From: Promethearchaeota archaeon
GTDB taxonomy: Archaea; Asgardarchaeota; Lokiarchaeia; Sigyniarchaeales; SOKP01
Direction: 5' to 3'
DNA: 64,000 nt
Assembly: GCA_048938895.1 (NCBI GenBank)
Contig: JBHLLU010000002.1
Coordinates: forward strand, 1 to 64,000
The translations under genes and the position numbers were made by a program. The first letter of the stretch is position 1, and each line of letters starts with the position of its first letter. Below the pieces are notes generated by a model. That model ran no database searches, was not told the DNA's origin, and worked only from the letters and a program-made list of their open reading frames with translations. This document shows, in pieces, positions 29,195-40,541 of the stretch.

Positions 29195-30247
29195 ATGAGT
29201 GGAAAAAAAGGGAGCTCAGAAGTGATACGTTTGGCACATGGCGCTGGTGGAGTTTTACAAGAAAAATTAATAGATTTTATTATTAAAGATATCCCAATTA
29301 AAAAAGTAAAAACAGGTATTGGGGTTGAAGAGTTAGATGATGGAGCAACCATTCCTTTGGATAATTACGATAAAGAAATTGTTGTTACCGCTGATGGACA
29401 TACTGTTTTTCCCCTATTTTTTCCTGGGGGAGATTTGGGTACTTTAAGTATATGTGGTACTGTAAATGACCTTTTAATGATGGGAGCAGAACCAATTGCA
29501 TTAACTTCAATGATAATTATTGAGGAAGGATTTGAATTTAGAAATTTAGAAAAAATTTTAAGTTCAATGAATCTAAAAGCAAAAGAAGCACATATTGCAA
29601 TCATTGCTGGTGATACTAAAGTAATGCCACGAGGTACGTTAAATGAAATCATAATTGCGACAACAGGCATTGGAATTAAAGATAAATCTATTAAAGTCTT
29701 AGATAATAATTTAAAAAGTGGTGATAAAATCATACTGACTGGCAGTATCGGTGATCATGGAACGGCTTTAATGGCTAGTCGAGAAGGATTGAATATTACA
29801 ACAGATTTAAAATCGGATATTTCTTTACTCTTTGAAATCTATAGTATAATAAAATCCGAGATTGAAAATAATATAATTCATGCTATGAAGGATCCTACTC
29901 GTGGTGGAATTGCTGCTGCTTTAAATGATTGGGCTAAAAAGTCAGATGTCAGCATATGGATAGATGAAGAAAAAGTGCCCATTAAAAAACAAGTTTCAGC
30001 AATATGTGATATGTTAGGTTTGGACCCTTATAATATAGCAAGTGAAGGGAGAGCTCTCTTAGCGGTTGATCCTGTGTATTCAGAAACTATTTTAAAAAAA
30101 ATAAAATCAACTCAAATTGGTAAGAGTGCTGAAATTATAGGAGAAGTGAAATCAGAGAATCCCAAAAGAGTTTTGCTGAGAACCATAGTGGGAGGAACAC
30201 GTTTTATTGATATGCCTTTAGGTGAACCAATCCCTCGTATTTGTTAA
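29195..30247 (+). CDS. hypE: Hydrogenase maturation carbamoyl dehydratase HypE
   Basis: LAHGAGG, FFPGGDLG, GDTKV, MKDPTRGG, C-terminal PRIC. Confidence 0.97.
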   Translation: MSGKKGSSEVIRLAHGAGGVLQEKLIDFIIKDIPIKKVKTGIGVEELDDGATIPLDNYDKEIVVTADGHTVFPLFFPGGDLGTLSICGTVNDLLMMGAEPIALTSMIIIEEGFEFRNLEKILSSMNLKAKEAHIAIIAGDTKVMPRGTLNEIIIATTGIGIKDKSIKVLDNNLKSGDKIILTGSIGDHGTALMASREGLNITTDLKSDISLLFEIYSIIKSEIENNIIHAMKDPTRGGIAAALNDWAKKSDVSIWIDEEKVPIKKQVSAICDMLGLDPYNIASEGRALLAVDPVYSETILKKIKSTQIGKSAEIIGEVKSENPKRVLLRTIVGGTRFIDMPLGEPIPRIC

Positions 30248-30250
30248 AAG

Positions 30251-31363
30251 GTGAACGATATGGAAATTCCAGGATTAAAGATTCTGAGAAGTAAGGATTT
30301 TACTAATAAAATTATTAAACGAATTAAGGAGATTGTAAAAGAAATAGACAAACCTGTCAAATTTATGCATGTATGTGGAACTCATGAACATACAATTTCT
30401 AAGTATGGTTTAAGAACGCTTTTACCTAAAGAGATTGAAATATTATCTGGTCCTGGATGCCCTGTCTGTGTATGCCCCGCTGCAGATATTGACAAAGCAG
30501 TTGAGCTTGGAAAGAGAGATGATACAATAATCACAACTTTTGGAGACATGATACGAGTTCCAGCAACTAATATCTCGTTAGCAGAACTTAAAGCGAAAGG
30601 GGCAGATGTACGTGTCGTTTATGGACCGAATGATGCTATAAAGATTGCTAAGGAAAATCAAGAGAAAGAAGTAATATTTTTTGCAATAGGATTTGAAACA
30701 ACTGTTCCTCTTATTGGGTATGAGATTCAATCTGGACCTCCCTCAAATTTTTCGGTGATTTGCGCCCATAAATTAATCCCTGCAGCTTTAGAACTCTTAA
30801 TGAGCCAATCTCAATTAAATATAGATGGTTTTATATCTCCTGGACACGTATCTACAATAATAGGATTGAAACCTTATGAAATTTTTTCTCAAGGGTATAA
30901 AATTCCTAATGTAATTTCTGGGTTTGAACCCAACGATGTTTTACTTTCAATCTTAATGCTTCTTAAACAATTAAAAGATAAAAAATTTGAATCTATAAAT
31001 GAGTATTCTAGAGTGGTAAAACCTGAAGGAAATGTTGTCGCTCAAAAAATTATTGAAGACGTTTTTCAACCGATTTCCTCACCGTGGAGGGGAATTGGAA
31101 GAATTTATGATGGAGGGCTTATAATAAAAGAGAAGTATCAAGATTATGATGCGGATAAAAAGTTTGACATAAAAATTGAAAAATCCCAAGATATTCCTCC
31201 TGGGTGTTCTTGTCATTTAGTCATGGTTGGAAAACTATATCCATATGAATGCAACCTTTTTAGAAAAGAATGTACTCCTATTAACCCAGTTGGACCATGT
31301 ATGGTTTCAATGGAAGGTACTTGTAGTATTTACTATAAATATCATAGTGATAATACTTCTTAG
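30251..31363 (+). CDS. hypD: Hydrogenase formation protein HypD
   Basis: VCGTHEH, GPGCPVC, GFETT, PGHVS, GPCMVS.EG.C. Confidence 0.97.
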   Translation: MNDMEIPGLKILRSKDFTNKIIKRIKEIVKEIDKPVKFMHVCGTHEHTISKYGLRTLLPKEIEILSGPGCPVCVCPAADIDKAVELGKRDDTIITTFGDMIRVPATNISLAELKAKGADVRVVYGPNDAIKIAKENQEKEVIFFAIGFETTVPLIGYEIQSGPPSNFSVICAHKLIPAALELLMSQSQLNIDGFISPGHVSTIIGLKPYEIFSQGYKIPNVISGFEPNDVLLSILMLLKQLKDKKFESINEYSRVVKPEGNVVAQKIIEDVFQPISSPWRGIGRIYDGGLIIKEKYQDYDADKKFDIKIEKSQDIPPGCSCHLVMVGKLYPYECNLFRKECTPINPVGPCMVSMEGTCSIYYKYHSDNTS

Positions 31364-31477
31364 ATGGACTATAGAAAGATTTCTAAGTTTTAAAACAAGA
31401 AATTTATCAAATATTAATTATCATAATAAATTATTAGATTTTTTTTCTACCAATAATTAACTAATTATACAACACTT

Positions 31478-33907
31478 TTGTGTAAAAAATTCAAATGTAG
31501 CCAATTGAAGGATTTTAAAACAATAGAGATTAATATTACTGGAATTGTTCAAGGAGTAGGTTTTAGACCCTTTCTATTTAACCTAGCTCGTTCCTTAAAT
31601 CTAAAAGGATATATATTAAACAGAGGGAATGCTGGTGTTAGACTAGTTCTGCAAGGATTCTCTTATAATTTAGATAAATTTTTGAATGATATTATGTATA
31701 AAAAGCCTAAAATTTCTTATGTTGAAAAAATAGATTCAAAGAATTTAGACCATTCTCAAAAGTTTAATACTTTAGAAATAAGGAAAAGTGAAGAGGGACG
31801 TGGTATTAGTTTAACACTCCCCCCAGATATTTCCATTTGTAATGAATGCTTGAATGATATGAGAAATCCCAAGCTAAAAAAGTACTACAATTATCCATTC
31901 ATAGCTTGTGCTGTTTGTGGTCCTAGATTTACTACCGTTACTGAATTACCTTATGACAGAGAGCGAAGTACAATGATTAAATTTCCCTTTTGTCAACAAG
32001 CTGAACCAGAATCCTGCATACAAGAGTATTCAGACTTCAATAATAGAAGATTTCATGCTCAAACCTTTGCATGTTCTGTATGTGGGCCTCATTATACCCT
32101 ATACAATAATAAAAAAGAGATTCTTGTAAATGAATCAATAACTAAGATTTTACAAGAAACGGCGGTGAGGATAAACAGAGGCGAAATTGTTGCAATCAAA
32201 GGTATTGGTGGGGTGCATTTAGTTTGTGTGGCGAATGATGATGAAATAATTAATAAATTACGTAAGCGAAAAGGAAAAAGAAAATTTAAACCATTTGCAT
32301 TGATGATTCCTGAATTAGAAGTTATTGAGAGTATACTGAAGATTTCTGATAAGGAGAGAGAACTGTTAACATCATTTCGTAAACCTATTGTTCTCTTAGA
32401 AAGAAAAAATCTACATGAAAATTCAATTATTAGTAGAAATGTTGCTCCAGGATTGAATAATATTGGGATAATGCTACCTTATTCTGGAATCCATTACCTA
32501 TTATTTGATAATGTTGGGAAAAAACCCTTAGTCTATACAAGCGGGAACAAATCGTATATCCCAATGGGAATTGAGAATTCGAAAATATTTGAACAGCTTG
32601 AAAACCTCGCTGATGTATTCTTACTTCATGATAGACCAATTCATCAAAGGGCTGATGACAGTGTTTTAAGGATCCATGATGATAAAATAAAAGTAATTAG
32701 GCGATCCAGAGGATATGTACCCGAGTATATCCCACTTCCATTTGAAGTGTCCGTTCCAGGAGCAATAGCAACAGGTCCTCTATTAGCAACCACAGGAGCA
32801 ATATTAAGGCGAAATAGGGTTTTTCCGACTCAACATATTGGTAATGTCTCTCATTTAGAAACTTATGAATTCCTAAAAAAAGCAATATATCATATGAAAA
32901 ATCTTCTCCAAATTGAAGAAAAGGAAATCAAATTTGTGGCATGTGATGAACATCCAGGATTTATTACAACGCGGTTCGCAACCGAACTTGCTGAACAATT
33001 TAATTGCCCTGTGTATAAAATCCAACATCATTATGCTCATGTTTTATCATTGATGGCTGAGAATGGAGTGCCACCAGATGAAAAAATAGTCGGAATATCA
33101 ACTGATGGTGTCGGCTATGGTGAGGATAATAATATATGGGGTGGTGAAATACTTCTTTCTTCCTATGATAATTATAAACGTTTGGGTCACCTTGAATACC
33201 AACCAATGATTGGAGGAGACCGATGTACAAAATATCCGGCTCGTATGACTGCCTCTATAATTATAAACTCAATGGATTTGAATGACGCTATAAGGATTCT
33301 TGAAAAACTAAAGATTAAAGATGATCTAGAATATAAAGATAATGAATTACAAACTTTAATTTCCCAATTTAAGAGATCAAACGGTATTTTTCCTTCCCAA
33401 AATATTCCAGCAACAAGTTCTACGGGTAGAATTTTTGATACTATTTCTTATCTTTTAGGAGCTTCGAAGATTAAAACCTATCGAGGTGAACCTGCTATGA
33501 GACTTGAAGCTATGGCTATGAAAGGAAACCCTAATAATATTGAGTTGAGTGTAGAATCTGCTAGACGAGACGGAGTCTATAGCATTAATACATCAAAACT
33601 AGTATTAGATGTCATTTCTTTAATAGAACATAATAAATTTAATAATGAGGATATCGCAGCCAAATTCCAAATTGAATTCGCAAGCACGTTTGCTGAAATT
33701 GCCATGAAAATAGCCGAGAAGAATAATCTAGATAAAATAGGTTTAACGGGAGGCGTTGCTTATAACTATTTCTTTTCTAGAACAATAAAGGAGAGAGTTG
33801 TCCAATCAAATTTGAAATTTCTGGAACACAATAAAATTCCCCCCGGTGATGCTGGAATAAGCACTGGACAGCTGATAGGTGGTATATTTAAATCTTCAAA
33901 AAGTTAA
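31478..33907 (+). CDS. hypF: Carbamoyltransferase HypF
   Basis: GIVQGVGFRPF acylphosphatase domain, zinc fingers, KGIGG.HL, QHHYAH, GGVAYN, PPGDAGISTGQ. Confidence 0.97.
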   Translation: MCKKFKCSQLKDFKTIEINITGIVQGVGFRPFLFNLARSLNLKGYILNRGNAGVRLVLQGFSYNLDKFLNDIMYKKPKISYVEKIDSKNLDHSQKFNTLEIRKSEEGRGISLTLPPDISICNECLNDMRNPKLKKYYNYPFIACAVCGPRFTTVTELPYDRERSTMIKFPFCQQAEPESCIQEYSDFNNRRFHAQTFACSVCGPHYTLYNNKKEILVNESITKILQETAVRINRGEIVAIKGIGGVHLVCVANDDEIINKLRKRKGKRKFKPFALMIPELEVIESILKISDKERELLTSFRKPIVLLERKNLHENSIISRNVAPGLNNIGIMLPYSGIHYLLFDNVGKKPLVYTSGNKSYIPMGIENSKIFEQLENLADVFLLHDRPIHQRADDSVLRIHDDKIKVIRRSRGYVPEYIPLPFEVSVPGAIATGPLLATTGAILRRNRVFPTQHIGNVSHLETYEFLKKAIYHMKNLLQIEEKEIKFVACDEHPGFITTRFATELAEQFNCPVYKIQHHYAHVLSLMAENGVPPDEKIVGISTDGVGYGEDNNIWGGEILLSSYDNYKRLGHLEYQPMIGGDRCTKYPARMTASIIINSMDLNDAIRILEKLKIKDDLEYKDNELQTLISQFKRSNGIFPSQNIPATSSTGRIFDTISYLLGASKIKTYRGEPAMRLEAMAMKGNPNNIELSVESARRDGVYSINTSKLVLDVISLIEHNKFNNEDIAAKFQIEFASTFAEIAMKIAEKNNLDKIGLTGGVAYNYFFSRTIKERVVQSNLKFLEHNKIPPGDAGISTGQLIGGIFKSSKS

Positions 33908-34111
33908 ATAAGAGTTATGAACGCTTACTCAAACATTTCCTTCTTATTGAATTTTGTAAGGAAATAATAATAATATACAAGCAATTAAAAAGATTAATCG
34001 TCTTTGGTATTCTGCCATAATGATACTGAAAAGGTAGATTTTGAAAATATAAATATAAAAGCAATGTATTTACATTAAATATCAATTAAATATTTCAGAT
34101 TTCATCAAAAA

Positions 34112-35182
34112 ATGATCGTAAATAATGAACACAAAGAATCTTTAATAAATATTGCCAAAAAATTAATAAGAAAACCACATTCCGTTCCTACAGATGAAAA
34201 TGATGAACCTACTATAACTTATATCGAGTATTTAAGCCTTATGTATACCCCTGAAATTGCACAGTTAATCCAAATTCTTCCCGTTTTCCCTGAAGGGATA
34301 AACATTACACAATTTGCTCAAGAAGTAAAAATTGATAAAGAAGAATTGATTGAAAAACTTAGAGATGTTAGTAGAAGACGATTTGTAATAGCCCGAGGTA
34401 CAATGTATTCATTACCTAATGCATTTATGATGTATGATATTCCTTTTATTGTCAAAGAAAACTATGAAGGACCTGATGCAAAAAAATTTGCTGATTTAAG
34501 CAGAAAGTTCTATATTGAAGATAAATATTATCAAAAGTGGGAGACCTCTTGGAAAGGTACACCTTATATGAGGGTGTTAACTGTAAGTGAAGAGATCGAT
34601 CCAGAACATGAAATTGTGCCTTTAGAAGAAGCATATAGTATTATTGAAAAAAACAACTACTTTGCCATAATTCCTTGTCCATGTAGATTAAGAGCAGGAA
34701 TAAGTGGAGTTAGAGAATGTACTGATAAATATCCACTTAATAATTGCCTTCAAATAGGTCTAGCGGCTGGATTTATTGCCAATGAACCTGATAAGCAGAT
34801 AATTTCAAAAGAGGAGGCGAAAGCACTAATGAGAGAGTCAGCAGAGCTAGGTCTCGTTTTAACTACCGACAATACTGCTAAAATTACTTCTGTTATCTGT
34901 TCTTGTTGTGAATGTTGTTGCGGTATATTAAGGGGTTTAACTAAATTTGATAATCCAAGAGCAATCGCTAAAGCAAATTATATATCAACTATAGAAAAGG
35001 ATGCATGTACTGCATGTGAAACTTGCCTTGATCGCTGTAAATTTAATGCTATCACTGTGAACGATGTTGCTAACGTGAACCCTGATAAGTGTATAGGGTG
35101 TGGTTTATGTGCAGTGACATGCCCTAGTGATGCAATAACGATGAAACGGTTTGAAAGAGAAACAATTCCCGGATTGTCATAA
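34112..35182 (+). CDS. Cys-rich 4Fe-4S binding protein
   Basis: [36 protein letters not shown]. Confidence 0.85.
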   Translation: MIVNNEHKESLINIAKKLIRKPHSVPTDENDEPTITYIEYLSLMYTPEIAQLIQILPVFPEGINITQFAQEVKIDKEELIEKLRDVSRRRFVIARGTMYSLPNAFMMYDIPFIVKENYEGPDAKKFADLSRKFYIEDKYYQKWETSWKGTPYMRVLTVSEEIDPEHEIVPLEEAYSIIEKNNYFAIIPCPCRLRAGISGVRECTDKYPLNNCLQIGLAAGFIANEPDKQIISKEEAKALMRESAELGLVLTTDNTAKITSVICSCCECCCGILRGLTKFDNPRAIAKANYISTIEKDACTACETCLDRCKFNAITVNDVANVNPDKCIGCGLCAVTCPSDAITMKRFERETIPGLS

Positions 35183-35235
35183 AAATTATTTTACTACATC
35201 TTTTGTATTATCTAAGCTTTGTTAGACTAAAAAAA

Positions 35236-36051
35236 ATGCCACTAACTAAACGCATAATTCCTTGTTTAGATGTAACAAACAATAGGGTTGTTAAAGGAAC
35301 CAAATTCCTTAATCTCAAGGATGCAGGAGACGCGGTTGAATTAGCACAGTTTTATGATGAAAATGGAGCAGATGAACTTATTTTCTTAGATATAACAGCA
35401 TCTTCAGATAAGAGGAAAATCTTAATAGATTTAGTTGAAAGAACAGGAGAACAGGTCTTTATACCTTTTACTGTAGGAGGTGGATTGAGAACAGTTAAGG
35501 ATATTAAAGAAATTTTAAGGGCAGGAGCGGATAAGATTACTCTAAACACCGCTGCAGTTCAAAATCCTGATTTGATAAAAGATAGTGCTTATATCTTTGG
35601 TTCTCAATGTATAGTAATTGCGATTGATGCTAAAAGGAATTATATAAAAAAACCGCATAAGGATAATAATAAAGTATTTTTAAAAATAAAAGATGAGTAT
35701 TGTTGGTGGGAAGTCTATATTCATGGAGGAAGAACACCAACAGGTAAAGATGCTCTTTTATGGGGTGAAGAAGTTACTAAATTGGGTAGTGGTGAAATCA
35801 TGTTAACATCGATGGATTGTGATGGGACTAAAACAGGATATGATTTAGAATTAACACGAGCTTTTAGTGAAAGGTTAAATGTCCCGATCATTGCCTCAGG
35901 TGGTGCAGGAACTCCTCAGCATATTATTGATGTGTTCAAATACAGTAAAGCAGATGCCGCCTTAGCTGCTTCAATTTTTCATTATAATGAATATCCAATA
36001 GAAATTGTCAAAAGAGAATGTAAAAAAGCGGGAATTCCTATGAGGTTATAA
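35236..36051 (+). CDS. hisF: Imidazole glycerol phosphate synthase cyclase subunit
   Basis: [40 protein letters not shown]; ATG at 35236. Confidence 0.97.
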   Translation: MPLTKRIIPCLDVTNNRVVKGTKFLNLKDAGDAVELAQFYDENGADELIFLDITASSDKRKILIDLVERTGEQVFIPFTVGGGLRTVKDIKEILRAGADKITLNTAAVQNPDLIKDSAYIFGSQCIVIAIDAKRNYIKKPHKDNNKVFLKIKDEYCWWEVYIHGGRTPTGKDALLWGEEVTKLGSGEIMLTSMDCDGTKTGYDLELTRAFSERLNVPIIASGGAGTPQHIIDVFKYSKADAALAASIFHYNEYPIEIVKRECKKAGIPMRL

Positions 36052-36053
36052 TT

Positions 36054-36683
36054 ATGTCATTTAATATTGCCATTATTGATTATGAGATGGGAAATCTAAA
36101 GAGTATCTATAAATGTTTAAAACATTTAGACGTCACTAGTTCAATTACTTCTGATCCTAAAGCAATATTGAATGCAAATGGCGTAATATTACCTGGCGTG
36201 GGCGCTTTTGGTGATGCTATGAGACATCTTGAGGAGAAAGATCTTATTGATGTTATTCATCAAGTGGTTAATAATGGTATACCCTTATTTGGGATTTGTC
36301 TGGGGCTTCAATTATTATTTACATCAAGTTCAGAGATGGGAACTTTCGAAGGTCTTAATATAATTAAAGGGAATGTAGTTTTATTCGATATTGAACAGGT
36401 TGGAAAGATACCTCACATAGGATGGAATAGTGTCGAGTTTCAGAATACTTATCACTTCCTCATTCAAGGTATCCCTAATAATTCTTATTTTTATTTTGTG
36501 CATAGTTATTACAGTATACCTGAAAACAATGAAAATAGTTTGGGAATGACTAAGTATGGAGATATAAAGTTTTGCTCAGTTGTTAGTAATGATAACATTT
36601 TTGCTACTCAATTCCATCCGGAGAAATCTAGTAAATATGGGATTAGAATTTATCAGAATTTTATAGATTTTTGTAAAAACTAA
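36054..36683 (+). CDS. hisH: Imidazole glycerol phosphate synthase glutaminase subunit
   Basis: DY.MGNL.S, LPGVGAF, GICLGLQ, FVHSY, QFHPEKS. Confidence 0.97.
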   Translation: MSFNIAIIDYEMGNLKSIYKCLKHLDVTSSITSDPKAILNANGVILPGVGAFGDAMRHLEEKDLIDVIHQVVNNGIPLFGICLGLQLLFTSSSEMGTFEGLNIIKGNVVLFDIEQVGKIPHIGWNSVEFQNTYHFLIQGIPNNSYFYFVHSYYSIPENNENSLGMTKYGDIKFCSVVSNDNIFATQFHPEKSSKYGIRIYQNFIDFCKN

Positions 36684-36754
36684 GCTCTTTTTCATAGTAG
36701 ATTAATAAAATTCTTTATTAGCAAAAATTCAAAATTAGCATATAGTGACTTATC

Positions 36755-38152
36755 ATGGGTGGACTTTTTGGAGTATTTTCAAATAAGGATTGTATAGATG
36801 ATTTATTTTATGGAACCGATTATCATAGTCATTTAGGAACTGTTAGAGGAGGTTTAGCAGTAAAAAATTCTGGTGGGTTTCAAAGGTATATAAAAAATAT
36901 TACAACCTCTCAATTCAGATCAAAATTTGAAAAAGATATAACGAAAATGCACGGTAATAAAGGAATTGGAGTAATTAGTGATTTTGATGATCAACCTTTA
37001 ATTATTAATTCACAATTAGGAGTATTTGCAATTTCTACAGTAGGAAAAATAAATAATCTAGAAGACTTAGCTAAAGAAGCATTAGAAAATGGAACACATT
37101 TCTCAGAAATGCAGGGTAGTGAAATCAATCCTACAGAAATGGTTGCTACTATTATCAGTCAAGGTAAATCTTTTGAGGAGGGAATTCAAAAAGTTCAAAG
37201 TATCATTGATGGTTCATGCACCATGCTTATTTTGACAGAAAATGGAATTTTTGCTGCAAGGGACAAATTAGGGAGAACACCTCTTATTTTAGGTGAAAAA
37301 CCTAACGCATTTGCAGTCACCATGGAAACAAGTGCTTTTCCTAATCTGGGTTATGAAATTTCTAAATATTTAGGACCAGGTGAGGTTTTTTTTATTAACG
37401 AAAATGGTTTTGAGCAAAAGATCCCCCCAAGTAATCGTTTGCAGATTTGTGCCTTTTTATGGGTCTATTATGGTTATCCAGCATCTAATTATGAAGGCGT
37501 TAATGTAGAAGTCGTACGATATAAATGTGGATCTTATTTAGCAAGAAATGATGCTGTGGAAATTGATCTTGTAGCAGGCATCCCCGATTCTGGTACAGCC
37601 CATGGATTAGGTTATGCAAATGAAGCTCGAATTCCATATTCACGTCCATATGTTAAGTATACTCCAACCTGGCCTCGAAGTTTTATGCCACAGGAGCAGT
37701 CAATAAGAGATTTGGTTGCTATAATGAAACTTATTCCTATTAAAGAATTAATTAATGATAAACGTCTCCTCTTCTGTGAAGATTCAATTGTCCGAGGAAC
37801 TCAGCTGAAAAAAACAATTGAAAGATTGTTTGATTCAGGTGCTAAAGAAGTTCATATGCGACCAGCATGTCCTCCACTTGTGTATGGTTGTAAATTTCTA
37901 AACTTCTCTCGTTCTAAGTCTGAATTAGATCTAGCAGGAAGATGGGCAATAAAAGAATTAATCGGGAGAGATATCGGAGATCCTGCAGAGTATATAAATC
38001 CAGAGTCTGAAAAGTTTAAAGCTATGGTAGATATAATACGAAAAAGATTAGGACTGACAACTTTACAATACCAGAGACTTGAAGATTTAGTCAAAGCTAT
38101 AGGATTACCTAAAGAAAAGTTATGTACTTATTGTTGGGATGGTGCAGAATAA
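36755..38152 (+). CDS. Amidophosphoribosyltransferase paralog lacking the N-terminal catalytic Cys
   Basis: Starts MGGLFG; GIPDSG, CEDSIVRGTQ PRPP loop, RPACPP, LCTYCW. Confidence 0.85.
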   Translation: MGGLFGVFSNKDCIDDLFYGTDYHSHLGTVRGGLAVKNSGGFQRYIKNITTSQFRSKFEKDITKMHGNKGIGVISDFDDQPLIINSQLGVFAISTVGKINNLEDLAKEALENGTHFSEMQGSEINPTEMVATIISQGKSFEEGIQKVQSIIDGSCTMLILTENGIFAARDKLGRTPLILGEKPNAFAVTMETSAFPNLGYEISKYLGPGEVFFINENGFEQKIPPSNRLQICAFLWVYYGYPASNYEGVNVEVVRYKCGSYLARNDAVEIDLVAGIPDSGTAHGLGYANEARIPYSRPYVKYTPTWPRSFMPQEQSIRDLVAIMKLIPIKELINDKRLLFCEDSIVRGTQLKKTIERLFDSGAKEVHMRPACPPLVYGCKFLNFSRSKSELDLAGRWAIKELIGRDIGDPAEYINPESEKFKAMVDIIRKRLGLTTLQYQRLEDLVKAIGLPKEKLCTYCWDGAE

Positions 38153-38160
38153 ATTGTGAA

Positions 38161-39657
38161 TTAGGCTCTACTTTTCACAATAGATTTTTCCATTTCTGCT
38201 AGTTTTTGCACCGATTTCAGAGGATAATCACCAGTTAAACATGCTAAACATAGTTGAGTTCTATTTTTTCCAATTGCCAGCATCAAATTATCTATAGTCT
38301 GATATTCTAAAGTATCTGCACCAATTTTCTTTCTTATTTCTTCTAAATAATCTTCATTGTATAGTTCCTGAAAACTCCCAGCTATTAATTCTGCTTTTGT
38401 AGGGAAGTCGATTCCCATATAACATGGACTTATTATCGGTGGACAACTAATCCGTAAATGTACTCGTTTAGCTTGACCTTTTTCTCTTAAAAGTGAAACA
38501 ATCTGTTGTGTTGTCGTCCCCCTAACAATTGAGTCGTCTAAAAGAATAATATCCTTTCCTGAGATAACACTCTTGATTGTGTTAAGTTTTTCTTTTACCG
38601 CTATTTTTCGCTTCCCTTGTCCTGGCATAATAAATGTTCTGTGAACATACCTGTTTTTCATCAAACCTTCTACATAGGGAAGCTTAGCTTCCTTAGCATA
38701 TCCTACTGCAACACTACGACCAGAGTCGGGAACAGGCACTACTACAGCGTTCTCTCTAATTTCAGGATTTTTTAAAATCGGATCGCTTTTAGCTAAATAT
38801 TCTCCTAATCTAAGTCTAGCTTCTGCAACTGAGACACCATCAATTGTGGAATCGGGTCTAGCAAAATAAACAAATTCAAATTGACATAAAGCAGTTCTAT
38901 TTGATTTTATTATATTTTCAGAATGAATAGCTTTTTGATGACTAAGATGCACAATTTCACCAGGCTTAACATCTCGTATAAAATTTCCCCCAACAACATC
39001 AATCGCACAAGATTCTGATGCTACAAAATAGATGTTTCGCTGAGAATTTTTTATCTCTCCAATACATAGAGGTTTAAATCCAAGGGGATCGCGTATTGCA
39101 TAAATATCCCCCTCAGAGGTCATTAATATTAAAGAATATGACCCATCTAACAACCTGCTAGCTAGAGTTAAAACTTCTGGCCAGTCTTCTGTCCCTACTG
39201 CAATAGATCCAAATAATTGTGCTATTACTTCAGTATCAGTATCTGTAATAAAAACTCTTCCCATCTCATCCATATTTTTTTTAACATCATCAAAATTAGC
39301 TATAGTTCCATTAAAAGCCATAGAAAATTCAATATCACTTGTTTTAAAATGAAATGGTTGCATATAATCTGTAGATTTATATCCTGTCGAGCCAGTGGTT
39401 GCATATCTATTGTGTCCAATACCTACATTACCCCAATATTTAGATAATGTTTTATTATCTAAGACCTGTGAAACTAATCCACTTTTTTTATATGTATTGA
39501 TTTTGCCACCAGTTTTTAAGATTGAAATTCCCGTTGATTCTTGACCACGATGTTGTAATGCAATTAAACCTTGATATAAGAGTTTAGAAACAGAAAATCC
39601 TAAATCATCAGAAGTAACACCAAAAATAGCGCAATGATCTTTTACTTTATCTCTCAT
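38161..39657 (-). CDS. purF: Amidophosphoribosyltransferase (canonical, with propeptide)
   Basis: MRDKVKDH|CAIFG, LQHRGQES, GHNRYATTG, PVPDSG, DDSIVRGTT, CYMGIDF, CLAC. Confidence 0.96.
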   Translation of the reverse strand: MRDKVKDHCAIFGVTSDDLGFSVSKLLYQGLIALQHRGQESTGISILKTGGKINTYKKSGLVSQVLDNKTLSKYWGNVGIGHNRYATTGSTGYKSTDYMQPFHFKTSDIEFSMAFNGTIANFDDVKKNMDEMGRVFITDTDTEVIAQLFGSIAVGTEDWPEVLTLASRLLDGSYSLILMTSEGDIYAIRDPLGFKPLCIGEIKNSQRNIYFVASESCAIDVVGGNFIRDVKPGEIVHLSHQKAIHSENIIKSNRTALCQFEFVYFARPDSTIDGVSVAEARLRLGEYLAKSDPILKNPEIRENAVVVPVPDSGRSVAVGYAKEAKLPYVEGLMKNRYVHRTFIMPGQGKRKIAVKEKLNTIKSVISGKDIILLDDSIVRGTTTQQIVSLLREKGQAKRVHLRISCPPIISPCYMGIDFPTKAELIAGSFQELYNEDYLEEIRKKIGADTLEYQTIDNLMLAIGKNRTQLCLACLTGDYPLKSVQKLAEMEKSIVKSRA

Positions 39658-39792
39658 TATTATTTTCGGGTATTTTAACAGTTTTCCATTAAGACAATTA
39701 AGAGAGGAAAATTAATTATCTTCAATTAATTTAAATCATAAATAATTTTTAATTATTAGTCTAATTGATTATTAAATTTTCTATGGAAAATC

Positions 39793-40473
39793 GTGTCAAT
39801 TAAAAGCAACAAAACTAAATACATAGCTGTAGCCATTTTAATCGGAGGTAAAAGTTCTCGTTTTGGGAGTGACAAAGGTCTTTTTAAATACATTGATAAA
39901 CCATTGATATCTTATCAACTCGATACTTTAAGTCAGAGAAATTACGATATTTTTTTAGTTGCTAATTCAAAGCGACAAGTTCAAAATTACATCAACCAGA
40001 TTGACGTTAAATTTATTACCGGATTTATTATTGATGAAAACAATGTCTCACCTGAATTGAAATCACACACCCCTATTATAGGTTTATATTCTGCATCTAA
40101 AGAACTAAAGAGTTTAATCTACGAAAAATTGTTTGTAATTGCATGTGATACCCCATTTATTAATTCAAATGTATTAGAACTTTTGATAGAAAGATCATTT
40201 GGATATGATTGTTGTATTCCTCAATGGAATAATAAATTTGTTGAACCTCTCTTTGCTATTTATTCAATCAAAAAATTGTTCAGAAAAGCAAAAGAAAATC
40301 TTAAGGATAATAACCTTAAATTATCAAATCTCTTAGATAGAAGCTGGAAAATTAATTATTTATCTATTGAAAATGAAATTATGCCATTGGATAGAAATCT
40401 TCTAACTTTCTTTAATATTAATACTCCTGAAGATATTGAAAAACTCTCTAAAATCCAACCTGAAAAAACTTAA
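39793..40473 (+). CDS. mobA: Molybdenum cofactor guanylyltransferase
   Basis: ILIGGKSSRFGSDKG, ACDTPFI, EPLFAIY, FFNINTPED. Confidence 0.9.
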   Translation: MSIKSNKTKYIAVAILIGGKSSRFGSDKGLFKYIDKPLISYQLDTLSQRNYDIFLVANSKRQVQNYINQIDVKFITGFIIDENNVSPELKSHTPIIGLYSASKELKSLIYEKLFVIACDTPFINSNVLELLIERSFGYDCCIPQWNNKFVEPLFAIYSIKKLFRKAKENLKDNNLKLSNLLDRSWKINYLSIENEIMPLDRNLLTFFNINTPEDIEKLSKIQPEKT

Positions 40474-40541
40474 ACGGTTTTGAAAAAAAAATAAAGTAAA
40501 TAAAAAAACAAAATTAAAAAAAAAAAATCTTTTTAGAGAAA

